In this document: positions 49,248 to 59,210 of the stretch, in pieces | Layout: every line of letters starts with the position of its first letter | Numbering within the stretch: the stretch's first letter is position 1 | Source of the DNA: Candidatus Levyibacteriota bacterium | Lineage (GTDB): Bacteria; Patescibacteriota; Microgenomatia; Levybacterales; UBA12049 | Assembly: GCA_963722305.1 (NCBI GenBank) | Contig: CAVRKE010000002.1 | Span: forward strand, 123,878 to 187,877 | DNA: 64,000 nt | Direction: 5' to 3' | The notes under the pieces: model-generated | Database searches by the model: none | Seen by the model: the letters and a program-made list of their open reading frames with translations, nothing else | What the model was told of the DNA's origin: nothing | Translations under genes and position numbers: made by a program

Positions 49248-49691
49248 ATGAAGATTACCTATTTTTTATTAGTAGCATTTATCATCCTCGTTGTTGTCCT
49301 TTTGAAAATCGATTATTTCAGTCCCCAACCACCAACCGCCGAAATCAATGGGCATGTATTTTCTCTATATCTTGCCAAAACGGAGTCTGAACAGGAAGTG
49401 GGACTAGCGAAATTTGATAGAATCGCCAATCATCAAGGTATGCTTTTCATTTTCCAAAAGCCCGATTACTATTCTTTTTGGATGAAAAACATGAAATTTC
49501 CAATTGATATTATTTTTATTAATAACGATAGAGTAGTCGACATTTTTCAGAATGTTCCCGTACAGAAAGACACTAATAATCTTCCGACCTACACCACCGG
49601 CGAAAAAGCCGATAAGGTACTGGAAATAAATGCCGGCTTGGCAAAGCAATACAGCATCAAGATCGGTACGGAAGTGGGGATTAATTTGTGA
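49248..49691 (+). CDS. DUF192 domain protein
   Basis: GMLFIF...FWMKNMKFPIDIIFI. Confidence 0.65.
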   Translation: MKITYFLLVAFIILVVVLLKIDYFSPQPPTAEINGHVFSLYLAKTESEQEVGLAKFDRIANHQGMLFIFQKPDYYSFWMKNMKFPIDIIFINNDRVVDIFQNVPVQKDTNNLPTYTTGEKADKVLEINAGLAKQYSIKIGTEVGINL

Positions 49692-50716
49692 CGATACTTG
49701 GCATTGAAACAAGTTGCGATGAAACCTCAGCGGCAGTAATCACAGCCGACAAAAATGATCAGCAAGTCAAGCTTTTGTCAAATATTATTGCTACCTCCTT
49801 AGCTCTTCACGCCAAAACCGGTGGTATAATTCCCGAAGTTGCCGCCAGAGAGCAGGTCAAATTTATAATTCCGGTGATTGAAAAATCGCTTGAGGTTTTA
49901 AAAAATCCGCAAAGGGAAATTGATGCCATTGCCGTCACTGTCGGACCTGGGCTAATCGGCTCGCTCTTGGTTGGAGTCGAAACTGCCAAAACCATGGCTT
50001 ATGTTTGGCATAAACCGCTTATCCCCGTCAATCATCTGTCTGGACACATCTACGCAAATTTCGTTAGCGAAATTCATAAATCTAAGGAGATTGAGTTCCC
50101 CGCCATCGCGCTGATCGTTTCCGGCGGACATACCGATTTGGTGTTAATGAAAAGTCATAATAATATCCAATGGCTGGGCGGAACCAGAGACGATGCGGCC
50201 GGCGAGGCTTTTGATAAGACAGGTCGACTTTTAAATTTGCCGTATCCGGCCGGACCGCAAATTGAACAGTTGGCAAAAGGCATAGAAAAAGACGTTTACC
50301 ATTTTCCCAGGCCGATGATCGGTACCGATGATTTTGATTTTTCCTTTTCCGGATTAAAGACCGCCATCTTAAGGGAAGTGCAAAAACTACAAACTCCGGA
50401 TTATGACGAAATTAGAAATATCAGTTTTGCTCTCCAGGAGGCGATTTTTGCGGTTCTCACTAAAAAAACTCTTCGGGCGGCAGAAAAGTTCAAAGCCAAA
50501 TCAATTCTCTTAGGTGGTGGTGTTGCTGCCAATCAGACGTTAAGAAAACGTTTTGAATTAGAAATTAGAAATTTGAAATTAGAAATTCCGCTTTTCATAC
50601 CCGAGAAGCGGTTGTGTACCGACAACGCTGCCATGATCGCCGCTGCTGCATTCTTTAACAACGAAGAAGCCGACTGGAAAAAAATTTCCGCCAACCCCGA
50701 ACTTTATTTTGATTAA
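49688..50716 (+). CDS. tsaD: tRNA N6-adenosine threonylcarbamoyltransferase
   Basis: Kae1/TsaD motifs (GIETSCDET, SGGV). Confidence 0.9.
   Translation: MTILGIETSCDETSAAVITADKNDQQVKLLSNIIATSLALHAKTGGIIPEVAAREQVKFIIPVIEKSLEVLKNPQREIDAIAVTVGPGLIGSLLVGVETAKTMAYVWHKPLIPVNHLSGHIYANFVSEIHKSKEIEFPAIALIVSGGHTDLVLMKSHNNIQWLGGTRDDAAGEAFDKTGRLLNLPYPAGPQIEQLAKGIEKDVYHFPRPMIGTDDFDFSFSGLKTAILREVQKLQTPDYDEIRNISFALQEAIFAVLTKKTLRAAEKFKAKSILLGGGVAANQTLRKRFELEIRNLKLEIPLFIPEKRLCTDNAAMIAAAAFFNNEEADWKKISANPELYFD
50692..50713. repeat. Direct repeat DR1 (CAACCCCGAACTTTATTT) at the 3' end of tsaD
   Basis: An identical 18-mer recurs at 51648-51665. Both copies encode NPELYFD-stop, with synonymous differences after the shared core. 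Confidence 0.8.
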
Positions 50717-50776
50717 GCGCCAACTCCAAGGACTAAAAACACTAGAATCGATAGAGTGGTATAATTTATTTCAACT

Positions 50777-51646
50777 ATGCCAATCCCTGTCAAAAAATTA
50801 AAGAATGGTTTTGAAATACCAGTTTATGGACTTGGCACTTGGCAAATGGGAGGAAGAGAAAGTCGTGATTTAAACAATGACGACCAAGCTGACATTCGAG
50901 CAATTAAAAATGCCATTGATTTAGGAGTTACTCATATCGATACTGCAGAAAGTTATGCCAACGGCTATACGGAAATACTGGTTGGAAAAGCAATTAAAAA
51001 TTATCAAAGAGAAAAACTGTTTCTTGTTTCAAAAGTTAAAGCTATCCATTTAAAATATGACGACCTGATTACCTCTTGTAAGGCAAGCCTCGAAAGACTG
51101 CAAACTGCTTATCTTGATCTGTATCTTATTCATCTCCCAAACCCGGATATCCCCATCAAAGAGACAATGAAGGCAATGGATACACTTTTTGGGCAAGGGC
51201 TGATTAAAAATATTGGAGTCAGTAATTTTACAACTAGTGAAATTGAAGAAGCACAATCGTCTACAAATAATAAAATCGTTGCTTGCCAATTACACCTTAA
51301 CCTTAAATTTCGTGAACCGGAAAGAAAAGGCATACTACAATACTGTCAAGAACACGATATGATACTTATCGCGTGGCGGCCTTTACAAAAAGGGGTTCTC
51401 TTGGAAGACAAAGAAAATATGGTTGTCGAAATGGCGGAAAAATACCATAAAACACCTGCGCAAATTGCAATTAATTGGTTAATTTCTCAAGATAATGTTG
51501 TGACTCTTTCTAAAACAAACGACATTGAACATCTTAAGGAAAACCTGGGAGCTATTGGCTGGGAGATGGACAAAGAAGATATTGAAAAATTAAGAAATAA
51601 CTATCCCAATCAAGAAGCTGTTTCAGATGCTGTACCTCTCCGCTAA
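50777..51646 (+). CDS. Aldo/keto reductase
   Basis: AKR signature. Bracketed by the DR1/DR2 direct repeats. Confidence 0.85.
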   Translation: MPIPVKKLKNGFEIPVYGLGTWQMGGRESRDLNNDDQADIRAIKNAIDLGVTHIDTAESYANGYTEILVGKAIKNYQREKLFLVSKVKAIHLKYDDLITSCKASLERLQTAYLDLYLIHLPNPDIPIKETMKAMDTLFGQGLIKNIGVSNFTTSEIEEAQSSTNNKIVACQLHLNLKFREPERKGILQYCQEHDMILIAWRPLQKGVLLEDKENMVVEMAEKYHKTPAQIAINWLISQDNVVTLSKTNDIEHLKENLGAIGWEMDKEDIEKLRNNYPNQEAVSDAVPLR

Positions 51647-51672
51647 TCAACCCCGAACTTTATTTCGACTAG
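51647..51672. repeat. Direct repeat DR2 (a displaced copy of the tsaD 3' end) downstream of the AKR gene
   Basis: tCAACCCCGAACTTTATTTcgacTAG. In-frame it reads NPELYFD followed by TAG. Confidence 0.8.
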
Positions 51673-51697
51673 AGAATAATTCTGCTACTATTATTGT

Positions 51698-52861
51698 GTG
51701 AAGGAAATTAGAAAAATTCACCTCATGCAGTTTATGGCCGGTTTGGCGAATATGGCCTCCGTAACCTTCACGCTATATTTTTTATCCCATGGGTTAACAC
51801 AGCTTCAAATCGGCGAGCTTTTCGGTTTCTTTATGCTTTGCATGTCACTTTTCAATATCCCCACAGGCACAATTGCCGACATTTTTGGACATAAAATATC
51901 TGTCGCAATTGGAGTATCTTTGCAAGCTTTATGCTTTTTAACATTTTTCCTTTATCCAAATTTTTACGGTTTTTTACTGGGCATGTTTTTTGATGGACTG
52001 GGTTGGGCATTCCAATCAGGAGCAATCTCTTCTTTAATTTACGAACTGCTGAAAAAAGAGGATCTTCACCAGGATTTTCAAAAAGTTTTTGGCAGAACGA
52101 ACGTGTATTTCTTAGTAGGGACTATTATCGGAAGCCCTTTTGGGTCTATAATTTACAAATTTTATCCGGGGTTACCATATTTGCTGTCTTTTATTTTTCT
52201 TTTTACCGCAGCTTTTTTCATCTTCATAATCAAATGGGAATTTAAGAAAAAACCTTACTCAATAAAATATTATTATCAGACTCTTTTTCATGGCGTGCGT
52301 TTAACAATTAAAAACAGAATTCTAATGGCTACCGTAATTATTGGAATCGCCCTGACGGTTAACAGAATGGTATTTAATCAAAATATCGCCCAGCCCTATC
52401 AACTTGGTATCGGAGTAGATGTTGCATATTTTGGACTTATTGCCGCTGCCATTTCTTTGATTGAAATACCCATTTATTTTTACGCGCATAAAATTACTAA
52501 AAAAATAGGGGAAAGTTTTTCTCTGCTTTTAATCGTCTTGATACCGAGCGCCTGCGCTATTCTTTTAAGCTTTATCAACACCTTGGTTGCAATACCAATA
52601 ATTCTAATTTTCTTTACGGGGCATGCATTTCGTGACCCTCTTTTCTCGCATATTTCCCAAAAAGAAGCCGACCATGATAAAAGAAGCACAATGGCATCAA
52701 CAGTAGGTTTCTTTATAAGCGTAATTGCGGCTTTGATGTTGCCGTTCTGGGGAAAAGGAATTGACCTGTTTGGACTCCACAATAGTCTTTTTCTCTTGGG
52801 AAGTTTCTCATTTATTGTCGGCGCCTTAGGTCTTATTTTATTTGAAACAAAAAAGACGTAA
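51698..52861 (+). CDS. MFS transporter
   Basis: 12 TM helices. Confidence 0.8.
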   Translation: MKEIRKIHLMQFMAGLANMASVTFTLYFLSHGLTQLQIGELFGFFMLCMSLFNIPTGTIADIFGHKISVAIGVSLQALCFLTFFLYPNFYGFLLGMFFDGLGWAFQSGAISSLIYELLKKEDLHQDFQKVFGRTNVYFLVGTIIGSPFGSIIYKFYPGLPYLLSFIFLFTAAFFIFIIKWEFKKKPYSIKYYYQTLFHGVRLTIKNRILMATVIIGIALTVNRMVFNQNIAQPYQLGIGVDVAYFGLIAAAISLIEIPIYFYAHKITKKIGESFSLLLIVLIPSACAILLSFINTLVAIPIILIFFTGHAFRDPLFSHISQKEADHDKRSTMASTVGFFISVIAALMLPFWGKGIDLFGLHNSLFLLGSFSFIVGALGLILFETKKT

Positions 52862-52890
52862 ATTTCTCCCAATAATGCTAGAATAGATGT

Positions 52891-53877
52891 ATGCAAACGG
52901 AACTGCTCGTTATTGTTGGAATTTTGATAGTAGGTTTCGCCGTAATACTCTACTTTCTGAACAAAAAACTCTCTGAACGTAAACCCGACCAGGCACTTTT
53001 GGAATGGCTAAAGACCATGCAGTCAACAATTAGTAATTCTTCTACTCAGACTGTCCGGACACTGCAGGAGAACACCAAACAACTGAATGAAAGACTTGAT
53101 ACTGCTGCCCGAGTCATCAGGGATGTCGAAAAAGAAGTCGGGCAGATGTCGGAAATCGGCCGCAATATGCGCGAACTGCAGGACTTTTTAAAAAGTCCGA
53201 AACTGCGGGGCAATATCGGTGAACAGGTCCTCAAAGATTTAATTGCCCAAATGTTTCCCAAAAGCAGTTTTCATTTACAGTACGAATTTAAATCCGGAGA
53301 AAAAGTTGACGCCGCAATTAAAACCGATGCCGGAATTTTGCCGATTGATTCCAAATTCCCGATGGAAAATTACCAAAAAATGGTTAAAGCAAACGAAAAA
53401 GCGGAAAAGGAAACGTTTGAAAAAGAATTTGTCCGGGATGTTAAAAAACACATTGATGCAATTTCCAAAAAATACATTTTGCCCTCCGAAGGTACCATGG
53501 ATTTTGCCCTGATGTACATTCCCAGCGAATCGGTTTATTACGAAGTTGTCAATGAAATCGAGCTCTTAGATTATGCCAGACGTGCCAGAGTTTACATGGT
53601 CTCTCCGTCAACTTTATACGCCCATCTACAAACCATTCTGCTGTCTTTTGAAGGAAAAAGAATTGAAAGTAAGTCCAGAGAGCTTTTCGCACTTTTGCGT
53701 AGCATGCAAATTGATTATGAGAAAATTGAAGAAAATATGGCCACACTTGGTAAACATATTAACAACGCCTATTCGCAATTTGGCAATGTCTTATCGGGTT
53801 TTTCCAGTCTTGGTCAAAAATTAAATTCCTCTAAAAATTTAGAATCTGAACATAAAAAGGAAGAAATACCCGCCTAA
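52891..53877 (+). CDS. rmuC: DNA recombination protein RmuC
   Basis: N-terminal TM, coiled coil, and RmuC nuclease-like C-terminus. Confidence 0.8.
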   Translation: MQTELLVIVGILIVGFAVILYFLNKKLSERKPDQALLEWLKTMQSTISNSSTQTVRTLQENTKQLNERLDTAARVIRDVEKEVGQMSEIGRNMRELQDFLKSPKLRGNIGEQVLKDLIAQMFPKSSFHLQYEFKSGEKVDAAIKTDAGILPIDSKFPMENYQKMVKANEKAEKETFEKEFVRDVKKHIDAISKKYILPSEGTMDFALMYIPSESVYYEVVNEIELLDYARRARVYMVSPSTLYAHLQTILLSFEGKRIESKSRELFALLRSMQIDYEKIEENMATLGKHINNAYSQFGNVLSGFSSLGQKLNSSKNLESEHKKEEIPA

Positions 53878-53956
53878 ACTTACCGTTAACCTTTTCAATT
53901 CTATTCGAATACGGTTTACGGAGCGTTTTAGCGGCGGGCGGGGAAGGAGGTGAAAA

Positions 53957-54379
53957 ATGAAGAAACAATCTCGTTTAATCTTTGGAGTTGTGGTATTGGT
54001 CGTAATTATTGTTGCCGGTTATTTAATTATCAGTACCGGTATCGGACAACAACACAAAACAGCGCAAACTCTCATTAATCAACAGCAAATTATAAATTCC
54101 CATGAGCAAAGGGCAACCGTTACTCTTACCGGTTCAGGCTTCAATCCTGCAACGTTAACCGTAAAACCGGGAACAAGAATTATTTGGTTAAATAAAAGCG
54201 GAACCAATGGAAGTGTAAACTCCGACAATCATCCGACAAATCTTTTATATCCTTTCTTAAACTTAGGACAATTTAATAATGGTTCAAGCGTCAGCGTGGT
54301 ATTTAAAAAAGCCGGAAAATATACTTACCATAATGAAGTAAATCCGGAGCAAAAAGGCACGGTTGTGGTTGAAGAGTAG
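53957..54379 (+). CDS. Cupredoxin-like secreted protein without the canonical copper ligands
   Basis: GGAGGTGA SD. Beta-sandwich pattern TLTVKPGTRIIWLN...YHNEVNPEQKGTVVV. Confidence 0.45.
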   Translation: MKKQSRLIFGVVVLVVIIVAGYLIISTGIGQQHKTAQTLINQQQIINSHEQRATVTLTGSGFNPATLTVKPGTRIIWLNKSGTNGSVNSDNHPTNLLYPFLNLGQFNNGSSVSVVFKKAGKYTYHNEVNPEQKGTVVVEE

Positions 54380-54413
54380 GTAACTTTTTTACGGCCTGTG
54401 ATACAATACCTGA

Positions 54414-57383
54414 ATGAGAGTAGGCACAGAAGCAGGTATTAAGGCAGGCATGAAAGTAAGCACGAGCAGAATACGAGTGAGGGAAAAGCGCCTAAAGCTT
54501 GACCAGAGCCAGCTTAAAGCAATCAGGCATAATCAAGGGCCACTGTTAATTATTGCCGGCGCAGGGACAGGCAAAACAACAGTTATTACCCAAAGAATAA
54601 AATATTTGATTTTTAAAAAAGAGATACTCCCATCGCAAATTCTGGCTTTAACTTTTACCGAAAAAGCCGCCTTTGAAATGCAGGAGAGAGTGGATGTTTT
54701 ATTGCCGTATGGATATGTTAATTTATGGATTAATACTTTCCATTCTTTTTGCGACCGGATTTTGAGGGATGAGGCCCACAATATCGGTCTTGACCCTAAT
54801 TATAAACTGATTTCCGAGTCGGAATCCGTTTTATTTTTACGCCAGCATCTTTTTGATTTGGGATTAAAAATCTTCAAGCCGCTTGGCAATCCAACTAAAT
54901 TTTTAGATGCGCTACTTATTCATTTTTCAAGACTGAAAGATGAGGACATATCGCCCACGGAGTATCTCCGATGGGCTCAAAATCAAAAATCAAAAATCAA
55001 AAATCAAAAGTTAGATGTTGGTAGTCAGAACTTAGAAGTTGAACAATACTTGGAACTTGCCAACGCTTACGAAATCTATGAGGAGTTGAAAGTTAAAAAT
55101 GGCGTGATGGATTTTAGCGATCTTATTTCCAATACGCTTTTGCTATTTAGAACCAGAAAAAATATCCTCCATAAATACCAAGACCAATTTAAGTATATTC
55201 TGGTTGACGAATTCCAGGATACAAATTTTGCCCAGAACGAACTGGCAATCCTACTGGCCGGCCGAAAGAATCAGAACATCAATGTGGTTGCCGACGATGA
55301 CCAATCAATTTATCGCTTTCGGGGAGCAGCAGTTTCCAATGTTTTGCAGTTTAAGAAAAATTTTCCCATTGCCCAAATTATCACTCTGACAAAAAATTAC
55401 CGTTCCACCCAAACCATTTTGGATGCCGCTTATAAACTTATCCAGAATAACAACCCGAACAGACTTGAAATAGTTGAACATATCAATAAAAAATTGCACA
55501 GTAAGTTCAAATCAAAAGGCAGGCCAGTTGAGTTAATCCATGAGCAAAGGGCCGATGATGAGTCGGACACGATTGCCAAAACCATTAAGACGCTTTCCAA
55601 AAAATACGATTACAAAGATATTGCCATTCTCGTTAGGGCCAACAACCACTCACAACTGATTACCGCTGCTTTACAAAGGCACAGAATTCCTTACCAGTTT
55701 TTAGGACCGGGCTATCTTTTCCAACAGGAAGAAATAAAAGACCTGATAGCCTACCTGACATTTTTGACCGATCTTTCCAATACGGTGGCGCTTTTTCGAG
55801 TGCTCTCGATGGATGTTTTCGAAATTCCGTATGTCGAGTTGAACTTTCTTTTGAATTTTGCCAAAAAACAAAATCTAAGCCTTTTTGAAACGCTAGAAAA
55901 TCTTAATCAACCATTCTTAACTAAACCCACCCAAAAAAAGTTAGAGGATTTTCGCAAGATGACCATCAGGCACTTGGAGAAAAGTAAGCAAGAGCAAGCC
56001 GGACAAATTCTTTACTATTTTTTAATTGATTCCAAACTTATCGAAACACTCGGTGAAGCGACTTCGCTGAAAGAAGAACGGAAAATCCAGAATATCGCCA
56101 AATTTTTCGACCGGATTAAGAATTTCGAAACGGAAAGAGAGGATAGCAATATTTTTGTTTTGGTCGAATGGCTAACTTTAATGATGCAGTTGGGAGATAG
56201 TCCAACCGCCGCGGACATTGACATTAAAGACCAGAATGCGGTAAATATTTTAACCATCCATTCAAGCAAGGGTCTCGAGTTTAAAGTTGTTTTCTTAGTC
56301 AATCTTGTTTCCGACCGCTTTCCTTCCCGGGAACGGGCTGAGAAAATTCCGCTACCGACAGCATTGATTAAAGAAAAATTGGTAAAAAATGTTGACTTCC
56401 ACTTGCAGGAAGAAAGACGGCTTTTTTATGTCGGAATGACCAGGGCCAAGGAACTCTTATATTTTACCGGTGCTGATTATTACGGCGGTGGAAAACGAAT
56501 GAAAAAACTTTCGCCCTTCGTCTTTGAAGCAATACCGCAGCTTCAAGCTAAAAAACGTGAGTTAAAATTGCTGAACAGTTCCCTTGATAACTCCTTATCT
56601 GCCTATCAGGAAAAAGAAACGAAAGAAGAAAAGGCGCCGCCGTTTAAAGTCACTTACATCAACTATTCAAACCTGCAGATGTTTGATATCTGTCCGTTGC
56701 ACTACAAAGCGAAAGTGATCTTAAATATTCCGACACCAAAATCATTTGTCCAAAGTTTCGGAATTTCTCTGCATAACACTCTTTATGATTTTTATAAAGA
56801 AGTGCGTGAGGGGTATACTCCGACATTACCCGAATTTAAAAAAATGTTTGATAAAGAGTGGATAAGCGAGGGATACGATAATAAAAAACATGAAAAAGAG
56901 CGTTACGAGCAAGGGCTAAAAATTCTAAAAACTTTTTATAAAAGTGAATGCCATCCGCCGGTCAAACCGTTAGGCATTGAGCTGAATTTTTCTTTTCTAC
57001 TAAAAAACGGCGTCAAAGTTTCCGGAAAAATCGACCGGGTTGATAAAAAGGGCAAAGGTATCGAAATCATTGATTATAAAACCGGCGAGGATAATCCAAA
57101 AGCCCAAGAAGCCCACGAGCTGCAATTGGCCATGTACGCTTTGGCCGCCACCCGTGTCAAAGACGAGATCTTAAACCGCAAACCCGAAGACATTACTTTA
57201 ACCCTTTATTTCCTGGAAGGCGGAACGAAAAAATCGATGACTTTTACAAAAGAGGACCTCGACCGGTTCGAAGATGAACTGTTGGAGAAAATTAAAGAAA
57301 TTGAAAACAGCGACTTTAAATGCAGCGGCAATGTTTTGTGCCTCAACTGTGAATATCGAATGCTTTGCCATTCGCAAAGATGA
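54414..57383 (+). CDS. UvrD/PcrA-type helicase fused to a C-terminal PD-(D/E)XK Cas4-like nuclease (AddA/AddB-like)
   Basis: Walker A GAGTGKTT and UvrD motifs. C-terminal four-Cys cluster (C...CLNCEYRMLC). An extended -10 TGaTACAAT sits 6 nt from the ATG. Confidence 0.8.
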   Translation: MRVGTEAGIKAGMKVSTSRIRVREKRLKLDQSQLKAIRHNQGPLLIIAGAGTGKTTVITQRIKYLIFKKEILPSQILALTFTEKAAFEMQERVDVLLPYGYVNLWINTFHSFCDRILRDEAHNIGLDPNYKLISESESVLFLRQHLFDLGLKIFKPLGNPTKFLDALLIHFSRLKDEDISPTEYLRWAQNQKSKIKNQKLDVGSQNLEVEQYLELANAYEIYEELKVKNGVMDFSDLISNTLLLFRTRKNILHKYQDQFKYILVDEFQDTNFAQNELAILLAGRKNQNINVVADDDQSIYRFRGAAVSNVLQFKKNFPIAQIITLTKNYRSTQTILDAAYKLIQNNNPNRLEIVEHINKKLHSKFKSKGRPVELIHEQRADDESDTIAKTIKTLSKKYDYKDIAILVRANNHSQLITAALQRHRIPYQFLGPGYLFQQEEIKDLIAYLTFLTDLSNTVALFRVLSMDVFEIPYVELNFLLNFAKKQNLSLFETLENLNQPFLTKPTQKKLEDFRKMTIRHLEKSKQEQAGQILYYFLIDSKLIETLGEATSLKEERKIQNIAKFFDRIKNFETEREDSNIFVLVEWLTLMMQLGDSPTAADIDIKDQNAVNILTIHSSKGLEFKVVFLVNLVSDRFPSRERAEKIPLPTALIKEKLVKNVDFHLQEERRLFYVGMTRAKELLYFTGADYYGGGKRMKKLSPFVFEAIPQLQAKKRELKLLNSSLDNSLSAYQEKETKEEKAPPFKVTYINYSNLQMFDICPLHYKAKVILNIPTPKSFVQSFGISLHNTLYDFYKEVREGYTPTLPEFKKMFDKEWISEGYDNKKHEKERYEQGLKILKTFYKSECHPPVKPLGIELNFSFLLKNGVKVSGKIDRVDKKGKGIEIIDYKTGEDNPKAQEAHELQLAMYALAATRVKDEILNRKPEDITLTLYFLEGGTKKSMTFTKEDLDRFEDELLEKIKEIENSDFKCSGNVLCLNCEYRMLCHSQR

Positions 57384-57385
57384 GA

Positions 57386-57408
57386 TGCTTTAAGCGAAAA
57401 TTAAAGCA
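57386..57408 (+). terminator. Hairpin TGCTTTAA-gcgaaaa-TTAAAGCA after the helicase stop codon
   Basis: 8-bp stem. No U-tract follows. Confidence 0.3.
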
Positions 57409-57488
57409 CAAGATACCTAAAGATTAGCCTCAAAATGACCTCAGAATTGGAAATTCAGCCTAATTTTTGCTAAAATACCAATGACCTT

Positions 57489-57829
57489 CGGAAGGAGAGT
57501 CACTACCCCGCCTTGGCGGGGAGGAAAGTCCAGACAGGATTAAAGCCGGGGACGGAACATAAGTTCCGACTAGTGATAGCTAGTGTCCCGATTTTTTACC
57601 CACATGTGAAATCGGGAACAGATTCTGAATTGACAGAATCTGAGAATAACAGAGACGAGTGGGAGTGAAACGGATAATCCTACCTGCTGTAACCTTTGAC
57701 AGATGCGTTACCACTCTGCTTTAGAGGAGCATCGAAAAAAGGGCATCCTGGTTAGAACAGGACGAAACGACCAATTATCGTATCGAGATAGATTGTGATT
57801 AGAACAGAATCTGGCTTACCACCTTCCGT
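57489..57829 (+). ncRNA. rnpB: RNase P RNA (bacterial type A-like)
   Basis: P4 halves GAGGAAAGTCCAGAC and ACAGAATCTGGCTTAC. P1 pairing GGAAGG/CCTTCC. Located in a 480-nt ORF-free gap. Confidence 0.8.
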
Positions 57830-57864
57830 CGGTCACAAATTTCGAAAATCGCAAATATTGAGGC

Positions 57865-58896
57865 TTAAGCTTTCTCCCTGATGTTTATCTTATTGAGGGA
57901 ATATTCAAACATAATTTTTACAATTCCCGCAATCGGTACCGCTAAAATTAACCCCAAGATTCCGGCAGTGTGCTCTCCGGCGACCACCGCAAAAAGGATT
58001 ATTAAAGGATGCAGTTGGGTAATTTTTCCCATCACCTGAGGAGTAACAAAATAGTCTTGGAATTGGCGAACCAGCGCATAAACAATGATGACTCCGATAG
58101 CAAGCTGCATTGGCGATAAACCAAAATTGGCAGTCCCGCCAAAAAAAGCCACCACTGCCGCTACCGCTGCCGCCACAATCGGGCCGATAATCGGCACAAT
58201 TTCCGCAAACCCCGAGAAAACTGCCAGGATAAGGGCAAACTTTACGCCAAGTGCTGTCAAAAGGACAAACAAAATCAGAGAAACAAAAAATACTAAGAAT
58301 ACCTGACCCCTTAAATAACCTCCAAGAATAGAATTGATTCTTCTGACCAAAATTTCTACCTCTATTTTGTAATTATTGGGGAAAAATTTTAACACCTTGT
58401 CATACATTGTTTTTCCTTCTTTAAGAAAATAGAAGGCCGAAAAAAGGAAGATTAAAAAGTCGATAATTCCCAAGAAAGCTTTGGGGAAAATTGAAAAAAG
58501 AGAAGAGTAAGAAAGCGCTCTTGTATTCTCAAGCGTTTTCAACGTATCGCTGATGGTTGGCTTGAGCCAGTCGGGCAAACTGTTTATTTGCGTCTTGGCT
58601 GTTTGGGTGATGACGGTTGCCTGTTTGCCCAACTCCGACGCTTCTTCCATTACCTGCTTTGATAAAGTTAGTCCGCTTAAAACTACAATTGAAATAATTA
58701 CCAGGTAAATAATCAGCACCGATAATGTTCGCGGAAGCTTCAAATGATGGGAAAAAAAGTTGACAACGGGGTTAAAAATGTAGGCAAAAATTGCCGCTAA
58801 AATAAATGGCGTCAAAATTGCTCTTTCGACGTAAAGAAACCATAAAACCAAAATACCCGTGGCAATTAAGAACGTAGTTCTTAGTCTTAAAGTCAT
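57865..58896 (-). CDS. AI-2E family (PerM/UPF0118) transporter
   Basis: Eight TM helices. Confidence 0.75.
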   Translation of the reverse strand: MTLRLRTTFLIATGILVLWFLYVERAILTPFILAAIFAYIFNPVVNFFSHHLKLPRTLSVLIIYLVIISIVVLSGLTLSKQVMEEASELGKQATVITQTAKTQINSLPDWLKPTISDTLKTLENTRALSYSSLFSIFPKAFLGIIDFLIFLFSAFYFLKEGKTMYDKVLKFFPNNYKIEVEILVRRINSILGGYLRGQVFLVFFVSLILFVLLTALGVKFALILAVFSGFAEIVPIIGPIVAAAVAAVVAFFGGTANFGLSPMQLAIGVIIVYALVRQFQDYFVTPQVMGKITQLHPLIILFAVVAGEHTAGILGLILAVPIAGIVKIMFEYSLNKINIREKA

Positions 58897-58937
58897 ATTA
58901 GGAATATTATACCAAATTTAACTCTGGGACCTTCGGA

Positions 58938-59210
58938 TTACCTTACTACTTTCTTCAAGGTTTTCCCCGGTGTAAATCCCGGTGCTTTGCGGGCCGCAAT
59001 GGTAATTTTTTCTCCGGTCTTTGGATTTCTTCCCGGCCTGGCGGCTCTTTTTCTAATGGAGAATGTGCCAAATCCGGTAATCACTACCTTCTCGCCTCTT
59101 TTTAAGGAGTCTCTGATGCCGTTTAAGAATGCCCCAACGGCATCTCTGGCTGCCTTATTGGTCATATTCCCTTTTTTGGCAACTAACTCTATTAAATCTT
59201 TTTTTGTCAA
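58938..59210 (-). CDS. hup: DNA-binding protein HU
   Basis: HU fold (GFGTFSIRKRAARPGRNPKTGE). TTG start with a GAGGTGA SD. Confidence 0.9.
   Translation of the reverse strand: MTKKDLIELVAKKGNMTNKAARDAVGAFLNGIRDSLKRGEKVVITGFGTFSIRKRAARPGRNPKTGEKITIAARKAPGFTPGKTLKKVVR

Noticed and set aside
53925-53945. Partial match (AGCGGCGGGCGGGG) to the GC-rich element upstream of the cupredoxin-like gene
   Set aside because: Only the right half is present and there is no CTGCCCGCC partner. It is probably part of the SD-rich leader (GGAAGGAGGTGA), and too short to call.
57497-57512. GC hairpin CCCCGCC-tt-GGCGGGG resembling the GC-rich insertion element
   Set aside because: It is a native helix at the 5' end of the RNase P RNA (adjacent to the GAGGAAAGTCC P4 strand), not a copy of the carB/kbl element.
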